Part shown: piece after piece, positions 12,330 through 24,240 of the stretch
How positions within the stretch are numbered: the stretch's first letter is position 1
Layout: the number at the start of each line of letters is the position of its first letter
Origin: Heptranchias perlo
Taxonomy: Eukaryota
Assembly: GCF_035084215.1 (NCBI RefSeq)
Contig: NC_090325.1
Location: 190,154,001 to 190,218,000, forward strand
Length of the DNA: 64,000 bases
Direction: 5' to 3'
Translations under genes and position numbers: made by a program
Notes under the pieces: generated by a model
What the model saw: only the letters and a program-made list of their open reading frames with translations
What the model was told of the DNA's origin: nothing
Database searches by the model: none

Positions 12330-14130
12330 GACACTGAGACAATTATTCTGTGCCTTTCCACCTTGTGAACTAATCAGTAGTGTCACATGGTATCAAGAGC
12401 CTTGCTGAAATCTAAATATATTACATCCGCAGAATTTGCATTGACAGAAAGTCTGTTACATCTTCAAAGAGCCCTAGTAAACTTATTAGGCGAGACTTCC
12501 CTCCTGTAAATCCATGCTGACCCCTCTCACGATATCACGCCTACCTCAGTGTTTCATAATCCAATTTTTCAGGATGCCTTCTAATTCTTTACCCACATCA
12601 GACGCTAGGCCTGTCATTGGCTGGGTCATCTCTACACTCCTTTTTAAAGATTAGTGTTCTGTTGGTTACTTTCCAATCCTGGGGCACTATTCCCAGTTCT
12701 AATGATTCCCTAAAGATAGTGGTAAATACGCAACCGATTCTATTAGCACTCCTTTAAGTACTCTTGATGAAGTGCATTGAGCCTATCGTCCTGTCTTCCT
12801 TTAACTTCCTTAGCCTATTGATGACTCTCTCACCTGAAATTTCTATTTCTTTTAGTATCTCCTCCGACCACTCAAATTCAGTTTTTGTGCTAGAGAGAGT
12901 ACCAGTTTCCTCTGTGAAGAGTTAATTTAGGATATTTGCTTTTCCTTGGTCACTTGATATCCTCTCCTTTTTGCATCTTTGAATGCCCTCTCCCCATTTC
13001 CCATTTTTTGCTACAGAAATATTTGTTAAAAATTTGGCATTTCTTTGTGTTCCTTGCTGTTCTAATCTCATTGTCTACTTTAGCTATCTTGAACAGGTTC
13101 CTAACCTGATTTACCTTGTTTCAATATTTGTCTTGGGCCATCAATGCTACACGTGGCTTTCTATTTCGAGAACAATCTCTATTTGTCGTTATTCCCTACA
13201 TTACCTCCATTGTTGCCAAGATTGATCTTTTTCCTCTGTTATCCTTCTCCCCCAGCAGTATGTATCTGTTCTGTACTCTGTGTATGGCATTTCAACAACA
13301 ACAACTTGCATTTATATAGCGTCTTGAATGTAGTAAAAACGTCCCAAGGCCCTGCTCAGGAGCGTTATCTGACAAAATTTGACACTGAGTCTCATAAGGA
13401 GATATTAGGACAGGTGACCAAAAGTTTAGTAAAGAGGTAGGTTTTAAGGAAGAGAGAGAGGCGGAGGGATTTAGGGAGGGAATTTATGATCCACTTTTTC
13501 CCCATGCTTTTCATCTCAAACAGTGCTGTCCAGTGTAACATCCTTTGCCTATCCCTCATCTTCTCAAAATCTGCCTTTCTAATGTTGAATGTTTCTATTG
13601 TATATTCTCTTTTCCACCATAAGCCTAACCTTTAACTCCAGCATAATGTGGTCACTGTTCCCAAGATGTGCTCTACCATCTCCTCGGTGTTAATTAATAT
13701 CAGGTCCAGTCGCGCCCTCTGCTCGCGTTGATTCCTTGACCAATAGTTCCCTGTGACAATGCAGTATTACATCCCAGATTAGGTTTTCAATCCTTTTGCA
13801 TCCTATACAGTTTTCACTATCTAGCCCTGGTAAATTCAAGTCACCAATAACAACTGCACCTGTTCCTATACTCGCTTGCTTTGTTTAGTTGCAACGTTCT
13901 TGGGCCAGTCCCTCTACCTGACCTCATGATCTACAGCAGTTGCTGAACATCAGTTTTCATTGGCCGTACATCTTTTGTCCCTACCGAAAGACCTCCACCT
14001 GATACTCACCCAGACGAGATAAGTCAATCTCTAGTCTCATTCAACTTTTCTTTCACATAAAAGGCTGTGTCCCCTCTCAGATTGTCTCATCTATTCCTAC
14101 AAATGTATCTCTATCCCTGTTTACCTAACT
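12330..14130 (-). mobile_element. Old degraded CR1-like LINE (endonuclease to RT region)
   Basis: Minus strand reads DVIYLDFSKALDT near 12390-12430 and GDLNLP near 13830-13850; many stops and frameshifts. Confidence 0.7.
13294..13483 (-). mobile_element. L2 3' tail nested in the old CR1
   Basis: aacaacaacaacttgcatttatatagcg...ggacaggtgaccaaaag. Confidence 0.8.
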
Positions 14131-14523
14131 TTCCAGACAAAGTAGGATTTTTTTTTTTCCCCTGTTGGTGAATTTAGAAATGTTGCAATGAAATCACAGG
14201 GCAAATCTTGAGTGTGTCGTGTGGGCCATCAGAGTAAAGGGACATACTGGTAAAGGCTTGGGCTAATAAAATGCATCTCTTTGCCTACTCTGTCCAATAA
14301 CAAAACCAGAAAGTGGTCTGTTCTCGTCAAACCAAGTTGGATATCATTTCAGCTTGTTCTGAAACACTTCCTAGAAATGATTGTCACTTGCAGGAGAAGA
14401 ATGATATTGACTAAATCCTGAATATTGTAAATAAAAGCAGTGGGTAATCTCACATTTTGAATGCTCCCAACCATCCTTTCAACCTTGATTAAGGGAACAG
14501 TATCTTCACATGATAGAAGACAC

Positions 14524-14597
14524 TCTTATAAGACATGTAGTGCCCTACCTGGCAGTGCTCTGCACTGCCAGATAGGGCACAGCATGTCTTATAAGAG
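14524..14597. repeat. 74-bp near-perfect hairpin
   Basis: ctcttataagacatgtagtgccctacctggcagtgc-tct-gcactgccagatagggcacagcatgtcttataagag; ~35-bp arms with 3 mismatches. Confidence 0.9.
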
Positions 14598-14700
14598 GAG
14601 AATGGCTTCTGTTTTTATGTAACAATCAAAGTTGTCATCTCCTTCAATATTTTGAAGCTATGACGGCATAGCAATTATATACTTGCATGTGTACTGTAAC

Positions 14701-15080
14701 TAGTGTCGCCAACCCTCCAGGATTGCCCCAAGTCTCCAGGAATTAAAGTCTAATCTCCAGGACACTGCTGTGAGCAACCCAGGAGAGATATCATGGGGGC
14801 ATTGAAAAATTGTGTTTTTAAAAAACGTTCTGTGAACACTTTTGTTTACTGGTTATGGAAATATTGGGCATGGGACAAAAGGCGTTTGACTGACAGTCAA
14901 GAATCATCCAATCGGCTAATGAAGAGTCTATTCACTTTCCGATTGGCATAGAAAGGCAATGCGCCATGAGGATGGATATGTCGGGCGACCAATGGCAAGA
15001 TTGTGAGGTGGGGCTGTTGAAGGGAAGAGGTCATGTGATTAAACCTCCAGGAGTATGTCCAACCAGAGTTGGCAACCCTA
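14701..15080. mobile_element. hAT-type MITE (380 bp)
   Basis: TIRs tagtgtcgccaac / gttggcaacccta; 8-bp TSD actgtaac (14693-14700) / actgtagc (15081-15088). An 8-bp TSD is typical of hAT elements. Confidence 0.85.
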
Positions 15081-16179
15081 ACTGTAGCATGGAATTGAGG
15101 ACGGATCAGTGAATTGAAGGATAACTCTACAGGCCTCAGACAGCCCACCCCCAATTGGCCCACGTCTACATGGATGGGTGTTTTATTTCTCAAAGGAAAC
15201 AGCACAGTGGCATGATTGTGCAGATTTTATTTTCATTCGATTTCAGATTTTTTTTCCCAGCGTCTCATTTTTTCCTCATCAAAATGTCCCATTTAGAAGC
15301 TGCCTTTAGCCTTTGATATGCAGCAAATTGCTCCAATTTCAGAATAAATTCTGAGCAAGTAAAGGTACAATCCCTGAAGTGCAATCTCACTGCAATGATG
15401 CTGGTATGGTCCAATTTTTTGACAACTCCTCTGACACCTCTTTGAATGGTATATTCAGTGCCATGCTATATAAATTGGTGCATTCAATGAACACTAATGG
15501 CTCTTTATATGGTATAGCTCTACCTAATAACAAGCTGCATTGCCAAGCTGTCATCCTTACACAAAATGTTATTTACTCTATTGATGCTAGCGCTGTTATG
15601 AATTATTCACTCACATTTCTGCTCACTCTCCTGCACACGTCGTGAACGGTCTGGATGAATTTCATATCAATAAATCCTAAATTGCTTAGCAGTACCAATT
15701 TCATGCTTGGCCTTTTGTAAGCTACACACAAGTGCAGAGGCATTCTTCACACAACCAAATAGTCTTATTTCTATATATTGACTCTCAGAAACAATGACAA
15801 ATCAGCATTGTTTAATGTCTGCTGTTGAAAAAGAAAAATTTACTCACTCATGCTCTGTACGTGTGATTTATTGACACTTTTCCAAGAGCTGAAACTTAAA
15901 GTGACCTGCGTATGGAACAAAGGATCAAGCATGGAAGAGGGCGTGTGGGTGGGTTCAAAGTTCAAGTTTAAAGCAAACCTTGTGGTTTGATTAGTATTTC
16001 GCAGGACTGAAGTGGAGTAAGTTGGGTTACTTCCGGTTTGGTACTAGCTGTTGTCCTGAGTTTAGTGCCAGGTGACAACATGCTATTTTGCATTACAATG
16101 GCTTTGAATTAGACAAGATGTGTTACATGGACATAGCAACCAAGTAAAAGGATTCCATTTCCAGAGGAAAACATTGTTA

Positions 16180-16860
16180 GTATCATAGTATCATGGTGTG
16201 ATACAACACAGAAGGAGGCCATTCATCCCATTGTGCCTGTGCCGGCTCTTTGGTGGAGCTATCCAATTAGTTCCACTCCCCTGCTCTTTCCCCATATCTC
16301 TGTGATTTTTTTTTTGCTTCAAGTATTTATCCAATTCTCTTTAGAAAGTTATTATTGAATGTGCTTCTACCACCCTTTCAAGCAGTGCATTCCAAATCAT
16401 AACAACTCGCTGATTAAAAAAATGTTTCCTCATGTCACCTCTGGTTCTTTTGCCAATTAGCTTAAATCTGTGCCCTCTGGTTACCGACCCTTCTGCCACC
16501 GGAAACAGTTTCTCCTTAATTACTCAAAACCGTTCATGATTTTGAACGTGTCTATCAAATCTCCTCTTAACCTTCTCTGTTCTCAGGAGAACAATCCCAG
16601 CTTCTCTAGTCTCTCCGCATAACTGAAGTCCCTCATCCCTGGTACCATTCTAGTAAATCTCTTCTGCACCCTCTCCAAGGCCTTGACATCTTCCCTAAAG
16701 TGTGGTGCCCAGAATTGAACACAATACTTCAACTGACACCAGTGCATTATAAAAGTTAAGCATAGCTTCCTTGCTTTTGTACTCTATGTGTCTATTAATA
16801 AAGCCCAGGATCCCATATGCTTTTTTGACAGCCTTCTCAACTTGTCCTGCCACCTTTAAG
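16180..16860 (-). mobile_element. CR1-like LINE 3' fragment
   Basis: ORF 16695-17000 KAVKKAYGILGFINRHIEYKSKE; CR1 tail at 16190-16260. Confidence 0.9.
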
Positions 16861-17242
16861 GTTAGGGTGGTAATAGATAGAATTACACATAAATTACAAC
16901 ACAAAACAGGCCTTTTGGCCGAACCAGCCTGTGGTGGTGTTCCACCTTCCACACAAGCTGTAGTCCTAATCCCATTTGTCTGCCCTGTTCCCATATCCAT
17001 GTATTCCCCTTTCCTTCAACCACCTATCTAACCTATTCTTAAAGGCTGACTTGGGTAGTAATAAAGCATGAAATTTGTATATATTTATTCTTAATTACAG
17101 AGGCTACCAATGCACTGCCTTTCTGCATTTCAAGTACATTCACGAGCACCATAGATGACATTAAATGTGGTTCCTGAGCAGTATTGGTAGAATGCTGGGT
17201 AGAAACTTTCTTGGCTGCTCTTTGAAGCAAGGAGACCTAATT

Positions 17243-17892
17243 GGTCCAGGAATTGCTGGAAAAATAACGGTGAGTTCTCAGCGCACGCCATTATTCATGC
17301 ATAAAACACCCAGCAATACATGGCAAAGAAGAGATACGCCATGAGTTACGAATCGCCACAAATTACTGGATGATTTGCTCCGCCGTTAACCTCGCAAAAA
17401 CCTGAGCTCGCCGTCAACCTCCCGACAAGTGTCAAGAAATTGCTGGATTTGCGCCGTAAATACAAATGAACCTCGCCGCAGACACTTAGGGTTGGAATTT
17501 CACGTCGTAAGGACCCTGTTAGTGATTTATGGTTCTGACATGAAACTCAACCTTGGCGGCCCAGTTAGGGAACAGTTGAAACTTTGGAGTCTCACTCCTG
17601 CAGGTAATAAATTCTTCCCAGAGCCTTTTAAAATATAACATTTAAGATTTTTAATTTTTTTATTACTTTTCCTTTGTCTTTTTTTCTCTCTCTCTTACTC
17701 CAATCTTTCTTTCCCTCCATTTGTTTCAATATCTGTATCTACTTTGACTCTAATTCACACTATTTCCTTCTCCGTCATTCGCTCTATTTTTTCTCTATTT
17801 TTAAATTTAATTGCTTAAGGAGATAAGACCAATGGACCTGAAGTTCAGGAGGTCCCAGGTGCCCCATTTGCTACTCCAGCGATTTCTGGGCC
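17243..17892. mobile_element. MITE family A copy (~650 bp)
   Basis: Termini ggtccaggaattgctgg / ccagcgatttctgggcc; pyrimidine-rich centre shared with 34594-35312. Confidence 0.75.
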
Positions 17893-18829
17893 AATCATTT
17901 TGAAGATGGAAACAGCAATAAGTATCTTCAATGGTTTCCATGCCAGCCAACCTATTTCTGGGATCTTGTGATTTTATGGCATATTTGTCGCAACACAGTC
18001 AAAGTTAGTCAGAATCATTTTTCTCTTTTAACAAAAACTCCTCCTTCTTCGAATTAGCAGATCTTTACAGACTTCCTCTTGGTAAGATCACACTGGAACT
18101 CGGCAGCATTTCCAGTTTACCAGCTTGCAAGCCTGTTGTACCTTACCTACTTTGCTGTCTATTGCCTGAACATCGCGCTTGATGCCTTCGATGTGACAGC
18201 ATTGCTTTAAGAAAGATGATGTTGAGTGATTTCCATCAAGGGCTGAGCAGCAAGTACAGAACAGCAAGATCCTGATAAATGCATGACTACCCCACTAACA
18301 AATGTTGTGATGGGAATGAGGAATTCTAATGGATGTGAATGGGGATTAATGGTATACGTTTATATAGCCAGAATGGGATAGTGGTTGAACTAAGGGCACG
18401 TTTTATTCAGAATTTATTTGAGTTCCAAGCCAGTGGAAAATTTTAAAAAAGGTGCACATCCAATTTATTAACATCGACAATCAAATCTTGCCCTCCTTGC
18501 AGGAAGAGATCAGAATTGGTAGATACAAGTATTTAGCTGTGATTGATGGAAACAACAGGATATATCAGAGAATTACAACTGATACTGTCAATCCTGTGCA
18601 ATCGGTCACATTTTACTCCAGCAGATATTTGTACAGTGTAACTGTTGTATTAACTTAATCCTATAGTAAATATGAAGTAAATGCTAATGCATTGTCACAA
18701 ATTATCAACAATCAGAAGCCTTGCTATCAAATGCCACACATTATATCTGTAAGGTGGTTCATTAGAGATGTCTGCAGTTGAAAAAAATCATCATCGTTTT
18801 ATTGCCTTGGGCCGACTCTGCATTTCCTC

Positions 18830-19038
18830 CTCTAGGGAAGGAAACCTGCCGTCCTTATCTGGTCTGGCCTATACATGACTGCAGACCCACACCAATGTGG
18901 TTGACTCTTAACTGCCCTCTGAGGTGGCCTAGCAAGCCTCTCAGTTGCATCACCACCTTCTCAGGGCAACTAGGAATGAGCAATAAATGCTGGCCTTGTC
19001 AGCAACACCCACAACCTGAGAATGAAAATTTAAAAAAA
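18830..19038 (+). mobile_element. SINE 3' part sharing its tail with the 56758-58193 LINE
   Basis: agggaaggaaacctgccgtccttatctggtctggcc...gcaataaatgctggcc; homologous to 39200-39352. Confidence 0.7.
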
Positions 19039-19226
19039 TCACTACTCCCTGATTGAAATCATCATCTGTGGTGCTTTCTTGCACAATGGACCTTGGTATT
19101 TCAATATATATACTAAAAAAAAGGAAAAAATTCTAAATTACAGGTACATTATTAATTTGGAGGTTAATGTGTGTTCTGGCCCCCGCTAAAGAGCAATAGC
19201 TATCTTCTGTTATGTTATCTTATTCA

Positions 19227-19881
19227 GAATAGAAACATAGAAAATAGGAGCAGGAGTAGGCCATTCGGCCCTTCGAGCCTGCTCCGCCATTCAGTATGAT
19301 CATGGCTGATCCTCTATCTCAATACCATATTCCCGCGCTCTCCCCATACCCCTTGATGCCTGTTGTGTCTAAAAATCTATCTAGCTTCTTCTTAAATATA
19401 TTCAGTGACTTGGCCTCCACAGCCTTTAGTGGTAGAGAATTCCACAAGATTCACCACCCTCTGAGTGAAGAAATTTCTCCTCATCTTACTCCTAAATGTC
19501 CTACCCCGTATCCTGAGACTGTGACCCCTCATTCTGTACCCCCCAGCCAGGGGAAACATCCTCCCTGCATCCAGTCTGTCTAGCCCTGTCAGAATTTTAT
19601 ATGTTTCAATGAGATCCGCTCTCATTCTTCTAAACTCGAGTGAATACAGGCCTAGTCGACCCAATCTCTCCTCACACGACAGTCCTGCCATCCCAGGAAT
19701 CAGTCTGGTGAACCTTTGCTGCACTCCCTCTATGGCAAGTATATTCTTTCCTAGGTAAGGAGACCAAAACTGCACACAATACTCCAGGTGTGGTCTCACC
19801 AAGTCCCTGTATAACTGCAATAAGACATCCTTGCTCCTGTACTCAAATCCTCTTGCAATGAAAGCCAACATACCATTTGCA
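19227..19881 (-). mobile_element. CR1/HER1-like LINE 3' fragment
   Basis: ORF 19392-19895 LVRPHLEYCVQFWSPYL...FFTQRVVNL; tail aacatagaaaataggagcaggagtaggcc. Confidence 0.93.
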
Positions 19882-20163
19882 TGAATGCATTGCATGAAGC
19901 TGAAGAAATGGCACCTTCCTGGTAGTCCACAGTGTTAGATACCAGATGTCCTCACGCACTGCACCAAATGGTTCCGGACACTTTTCAGAGGGCCTTGCTT
20001 TGAAAAACCCCATGAAATCACGACCGATTTTAAAATAGGATTTAGCTTCTCTTTAAAACACAAATTATATTTAAGAAGATCAACTCCCTCACCTCCCCCC
20101 CACCAAAAAAAAAAGCAGCAGTAAAATGGAGCATCCCTGTCACAAACTGTGTAGTAGCTGATA

Positions 20164-20421
20164 TGATGTGGAGATGCCGGTGACGGACTGGGGTTGACAA
20201 CTGTAAACAATTTTACAACACCAAGTTATAGTCCAGCAATTTTATTTGAAATTCACAAGCTTTCGGAAGCTTCCTCCTTCCTCAGGTGAACGGTGTGGAA
20301 ATGAAATTTCCACATTTCCACATTCATTTCCACATTCACCTGAGGAAGGAGGAAGCCTCCGAAACCTTGTGAATTTCAAATAAAATTGCTGGACTATAAC
20401 TTGGTGTTGTAAAATTGTTTA
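20164..20421. mobile_element. Palindromic non-coding Penelope-like insertion with hammerhead motifs (copy 1)
   Basis: ~87-bp inverted arms (20204-20290 / 20335-20421), 40-nt one-sided tail (20164-20203), 12-bp TSD tagtagctgata (20152-20163 / 20422-20433). Confidence 0.85.
20254..20288 (-). ncRNA. Minimal type I hammerhead ribozyme motif (intact core)
   Basis: Minus strand CAC-CUGAGGA-A-GGAGG-AAG-CUUCC-GAAA-GC-UU-GUG: CUGANGA and GAAA core, stem I CAC/GUG, stem II, palindromic AGCU mini stem III. Confidence 0.7.
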
Positions 20422-21614
20422 TAGTAGCTGATAGGCACATTCCAGAGGTCAGTGGCATCTTAGGATTGACCACTCATCTGCAAATTTGATGTGTTAGGAT
20501 TAGTTGATAAATCCATTGAGATAATCAAGAGGCTGAGACATACCTTCCTGACATCATTGCATCGTGAACTATTACACATTCGTTCTCTCTCTTGCTCTGC
20601 TTTCAACTATTGGAAATCAAATATAGGCAGCTCATCTCTCTTCCCCCATTCCCCCCTACCCCCTCTTCTCCGCCCACCCCCTTCCACTGGCCATCACTAT
20701 AAGAGCCTTGCAGCTTTAAAAATCAACTTAAGTGCTCCATCGATAGAAATTAACAGTCGTCTGGCGCTGCCATTGTGCTACTCATAAAGTGCCTTTAAAA
20801 TAACTTCAGTTTATCAAATAATACAGAAAGCCAAAAGAGGTCACTGAGGAGATTTGATTTTTTTTTTCCCCTTGATATTTTCAATTTATTTTGTGCTAGC
20901 TTTCAATAAAGTGAACTGTTACTGGTTCCGAAGCACTATACATCATGCAAACAGCCTGACACTATGTACAGCATTTAAACTGAGCTTGTTCGGAATCAGT
21001 GTCATTTCCATTCAGCTTTGCTTAAAACTATGTCTCTGACAGGGTTGTGGTGCAGTGTTGTGCTGCAGTGTGCTGTGCAATGATAGGTCGCAGATCCTCA
21101 TGGTTCCTCACTCTAAGTTCCCGATCTGAAACTTAAGAAAGGAAATGCTGAGTCAGCATCTGGAAGAGGATGACGAGCTGGCGTTTCAGGTCTGGCTCTC
21201 AATCAGGTTTTGAGTTTTTATTTGCAGTCTTCTTTTTTTAACCTCCCAATTCCTAATCTCAGTCATCACAAGAGGAATGGTTTCCTTTAGTGGCTAAGGA
21301 TAGTGACATTGTAAACAAATGAGGGCAGTGTAGCAAAGATGTGAATGCATTCTTTTTTGAACATGTCTGTGATTTCACTAGAAACTACTAATAGAAAGAA
21401 ATCTTCCCCCATTTGTTTACGATGCTGCCTACATATAACGACAACTGAGAATCACCCATAGCTGGTTATCCAGTTAGGGAAGGAGTGGAATTCAGAGAGA
21501 CAATTTCCTTGGGCTCTTATCCACGTACTTCCTACTCGCAGCCAGATAGCGAGCAGCAATGTTACGTTGTTTAATTGTCAACTTGCCTGCTTTATGGTTT
21601 GTGGCATGGGGAAA

Positions 21615-21843
21615 AAGAAAGAAAAGAATGAACTTGCATTTGTACAGCGCCTTTCAGGACCTCAGGACGTCCCAAAGTGCTTTACAGCCAATGAAGTCGT
21701 TTTGAAGTGTAGACACTGTTGTAATGTAGGAAACGCAGCAGCCAATTTGCGCACAGCAAGGTCCCACAAACAGCAATGTGATAATGACCAGATCATTTGT
21801 TATAGCGATGCTGGCTGAGGGATAAATACTGGCCACGACACCT
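21615..21843 (-). mobile_element. DeuSINE 3' half
   Basis: gcagcagccaatttgcgcacagcaaggtcccacaaacagcaatg. Confidence 0.85.
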
Positions 21844-21924
21844 GAAAAAGAGATGTGAGAAAGGCAGGAAATAACAAACAAGACAAATTGCTTTTCGAAA
21901 CAAAGGAGAATTCAAAAACCCTTT

Positions 21925-22216
21925 ATATTTCATTCTTGGGATATGGCCGCCGCTTGAGAAGGTGGTGGTGGGCCTTCTTCTTGAACCGCTGCAGCGCATG
22001 TGGTGAAGGTTCTCCCACAATTCTGTTCGGTAGGGAGTTCCAGGATTTTGACCCAGCGACGATGAAGGAATGGCGATATATGTCCAGTCAGGCTGGTGTG
22101 CGACTTGGAGGCGATGGTGTTCCCTTGCGCCTGCTTCGCTTGTCCTTCTAGTTGTTAGAGGTTGCAGGTTTGGGAGATGCTGTCGAAGAAGCCTTGCCGA
22201 GTTGCTGCAGTGCATC
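21925..22216 (-). mobile_element. 3' fragment of the 56758-58193 LINE family
   Basis: ORF 21793-22218 begins MHCSNSARLLRQHLPNL, matching MHCSNSPRLLRQHLPNP of ORF 57049-57273. Confidence 0.85.
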
Positions 22217-23063
22217 ATGTAAATAGTATAAAGACAACTGGATGAATGGGAGCGAATAGCTGTAAACCAGGTCTTAAATCTGTATTTTCCTTATGTTTTT
22301 GACATGTTTTACTCCAAACACCTTTGATCATTAGAGGCTGATTGTCTGAATAATTTAGGGATGTTTGCACCTTTATACATGAGCAGACAAAAGCACTCAA
22401 GGTTCTAATTGTCTTTGTAACTACAGTCAGATGAACTCAATCTGTTTAACAAATTTATGTATAAGTTACTTTCCTCCTTATGTCACCCACTTGTTACACC
22501 ATCTGCTGCCTTGTCTGATGTCTCACCCAATCTGACCAATCTCTCAGCCCTTCTGTTTTGTAGTATGAATCTGATCACTATTCAATGTACCTACTCATTT
22601 GCTTAAAAAAAAGAAGCTGACATTTACTAGGAGTTTCTGAATACTGGTGTTCATCTGTTCCATGTCTCAATGCTCCATTGACATTGAAAAGGAACTTGTT
22701 GGGTGAACTTTGACAGTGCAGCTCCAGAATGAAACTTGTCACCTACAAATTGCTCTTTTCGGTCACAGGTACGGAAACTTGCCATTCAGCCAAGGTGTTA
22801 GGTGACTCTGATATTAAGGGATTTGAAAATGAGGACACGTTCTTGAGGTGGCACAGGGAAAGAGTGGAGATTGACCAGGATAGATGTGCCTACCTTGTGT
22901 GGGACAAGGCACGGGCCGTACCATTTCCTGTTGAGGTTGTGTGTGACATTGAAGTCTTCCTTTGGTTTAATTGCTCCCTTTCTAGATAAAGGAAGTTTCA
23001 GTATGGCTCTCTGATGTCTACCTACTCTTGAGATGTGATGCTGCAATGTAACTGCAGCAAGTT

Positions 23064-23276
23064 TCTGGCAGTACGGGGCACAATTTCCGAGCTCGCTTGG
23101 TGGAGAGCCTTGCCCGCTGGTAGCGCGTGTCAAGAAATTGTGAGGGAACTGCCCACGATTTTCCACCCGTTAACTTTAGTGGCCTGAAGATCAAGGGCAG
23201 CATTCTTGAGATCTCCCAGTATGCACAGCAGGCGGGCAAGGTTGCCAGCAGTGTGAACTCAGAAAATTCACCCGTA
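23064..23276. mobile_element. Palindromic MITE (~210 bp)
   Basis: ccttgcccgc / gcgggcaagg and tcaagaa / ttcttga inverted segments; GGG...CCC termini. Confidence 0.65.
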
Positions 23277-23689
23277 GGGGTCAGTTTTAAGTTCCAAAAT
23301 CTATGCCCAAGGCTGCGGCTTGCATTGTGCAGTATGATCAGTGGTTGTCGTGCAATGCGTTCAGGGATGATCCATGCACAGACCTTAAAATTTCAATAAG
23401 TAACTGTTTGAAATGCGAGACGGAAAGTTATTTATAATTAAAGCGATAAGATCCATGCATGGATCATTGCACAACTAAACATCAGACTCATCTTCATGAT
23501 CGTGTTACTGCGCATGGCATTCCTGGGCATAAACTCAAACTGACAGGTAATTCATATTATGGTTGGATGTTATATCAACTAGATGTCAACCAGAATTTGC
23601 TTTAGTCAGTTCAAGAGCAAAGGCAAGTAACAACACTAAACTTTTTTGGAACTTCATTTCAAACCCTGCAACAAGAGCAGTCCTCATGT

Positions 23690-24105
23690 AAAAACAAGCA
23701 TCTCAGAGCACTTAATAAGGTGGACCTTGAGCAGGAAAACAGAGGGGAGGTGCAGTTGAAGGAATGGTCTCTGAGACATTTTAATCACAGAAAAGGCAGT
23801 AGCAATCTAAGTGGTTTCAGGAGAGCAGTCTAAAGGGCAGGAGCATATTGCCTGAAGGATGGGCTTCTACTGGTGGAACAAAGTGAGCAGAAAAGGAACA
23901 GTAATTTGGTGTTGAAGGAGCTGGGAGTGAGCGACATATGGCTTTTCGATTTCTTAGACATGGTGGAAGCAGGCCGTGGAGCTATTTGAAGATGAGGACA
24001 AGTTCTTGAAGTGAACTCACTGTGGCACAGGGAACAAGGGAAGATTGGCGAGGATAGATGTGCCTACCTTATAAGGGACAGGATGTGCGACATACTATTT
24101 CCTGT
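23690..24105 (-). mobile_element. Degraded L2 fragment
   Basis: Weak similarity to the 31078-31760 L2 (gcaggccgtggagctatttgaagatgagg). Confidence 0.5.
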
Positions 24106-24109
24106 TGCA

Positions 24110-24240
24110 GAGTGTAGTGTAGGAAATGCAGCAGCCAATTTGCACACAGCAAGGTCCCACAAACAGCAATGAGATAATGACCAGATAATTTGCTTTAGTG
24201 ATGTTGGTCGAGGAATAAATATTGGCCGGGACACCGGGGA
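24110..24240 (-). mobile_element. DeuSINE fragment
   Basis: gcagcagccaatttgcacacagcaaggtcccacaaacagc. Confidence 0.8.

Noticed and set aside
21125-21210. Possible further PLE/hammerhead remnant (gcgtttcaggtctggctctcaatcag)
   Set aside because: Too degenerate; stem II and the core cannot be reconstructed confidently.
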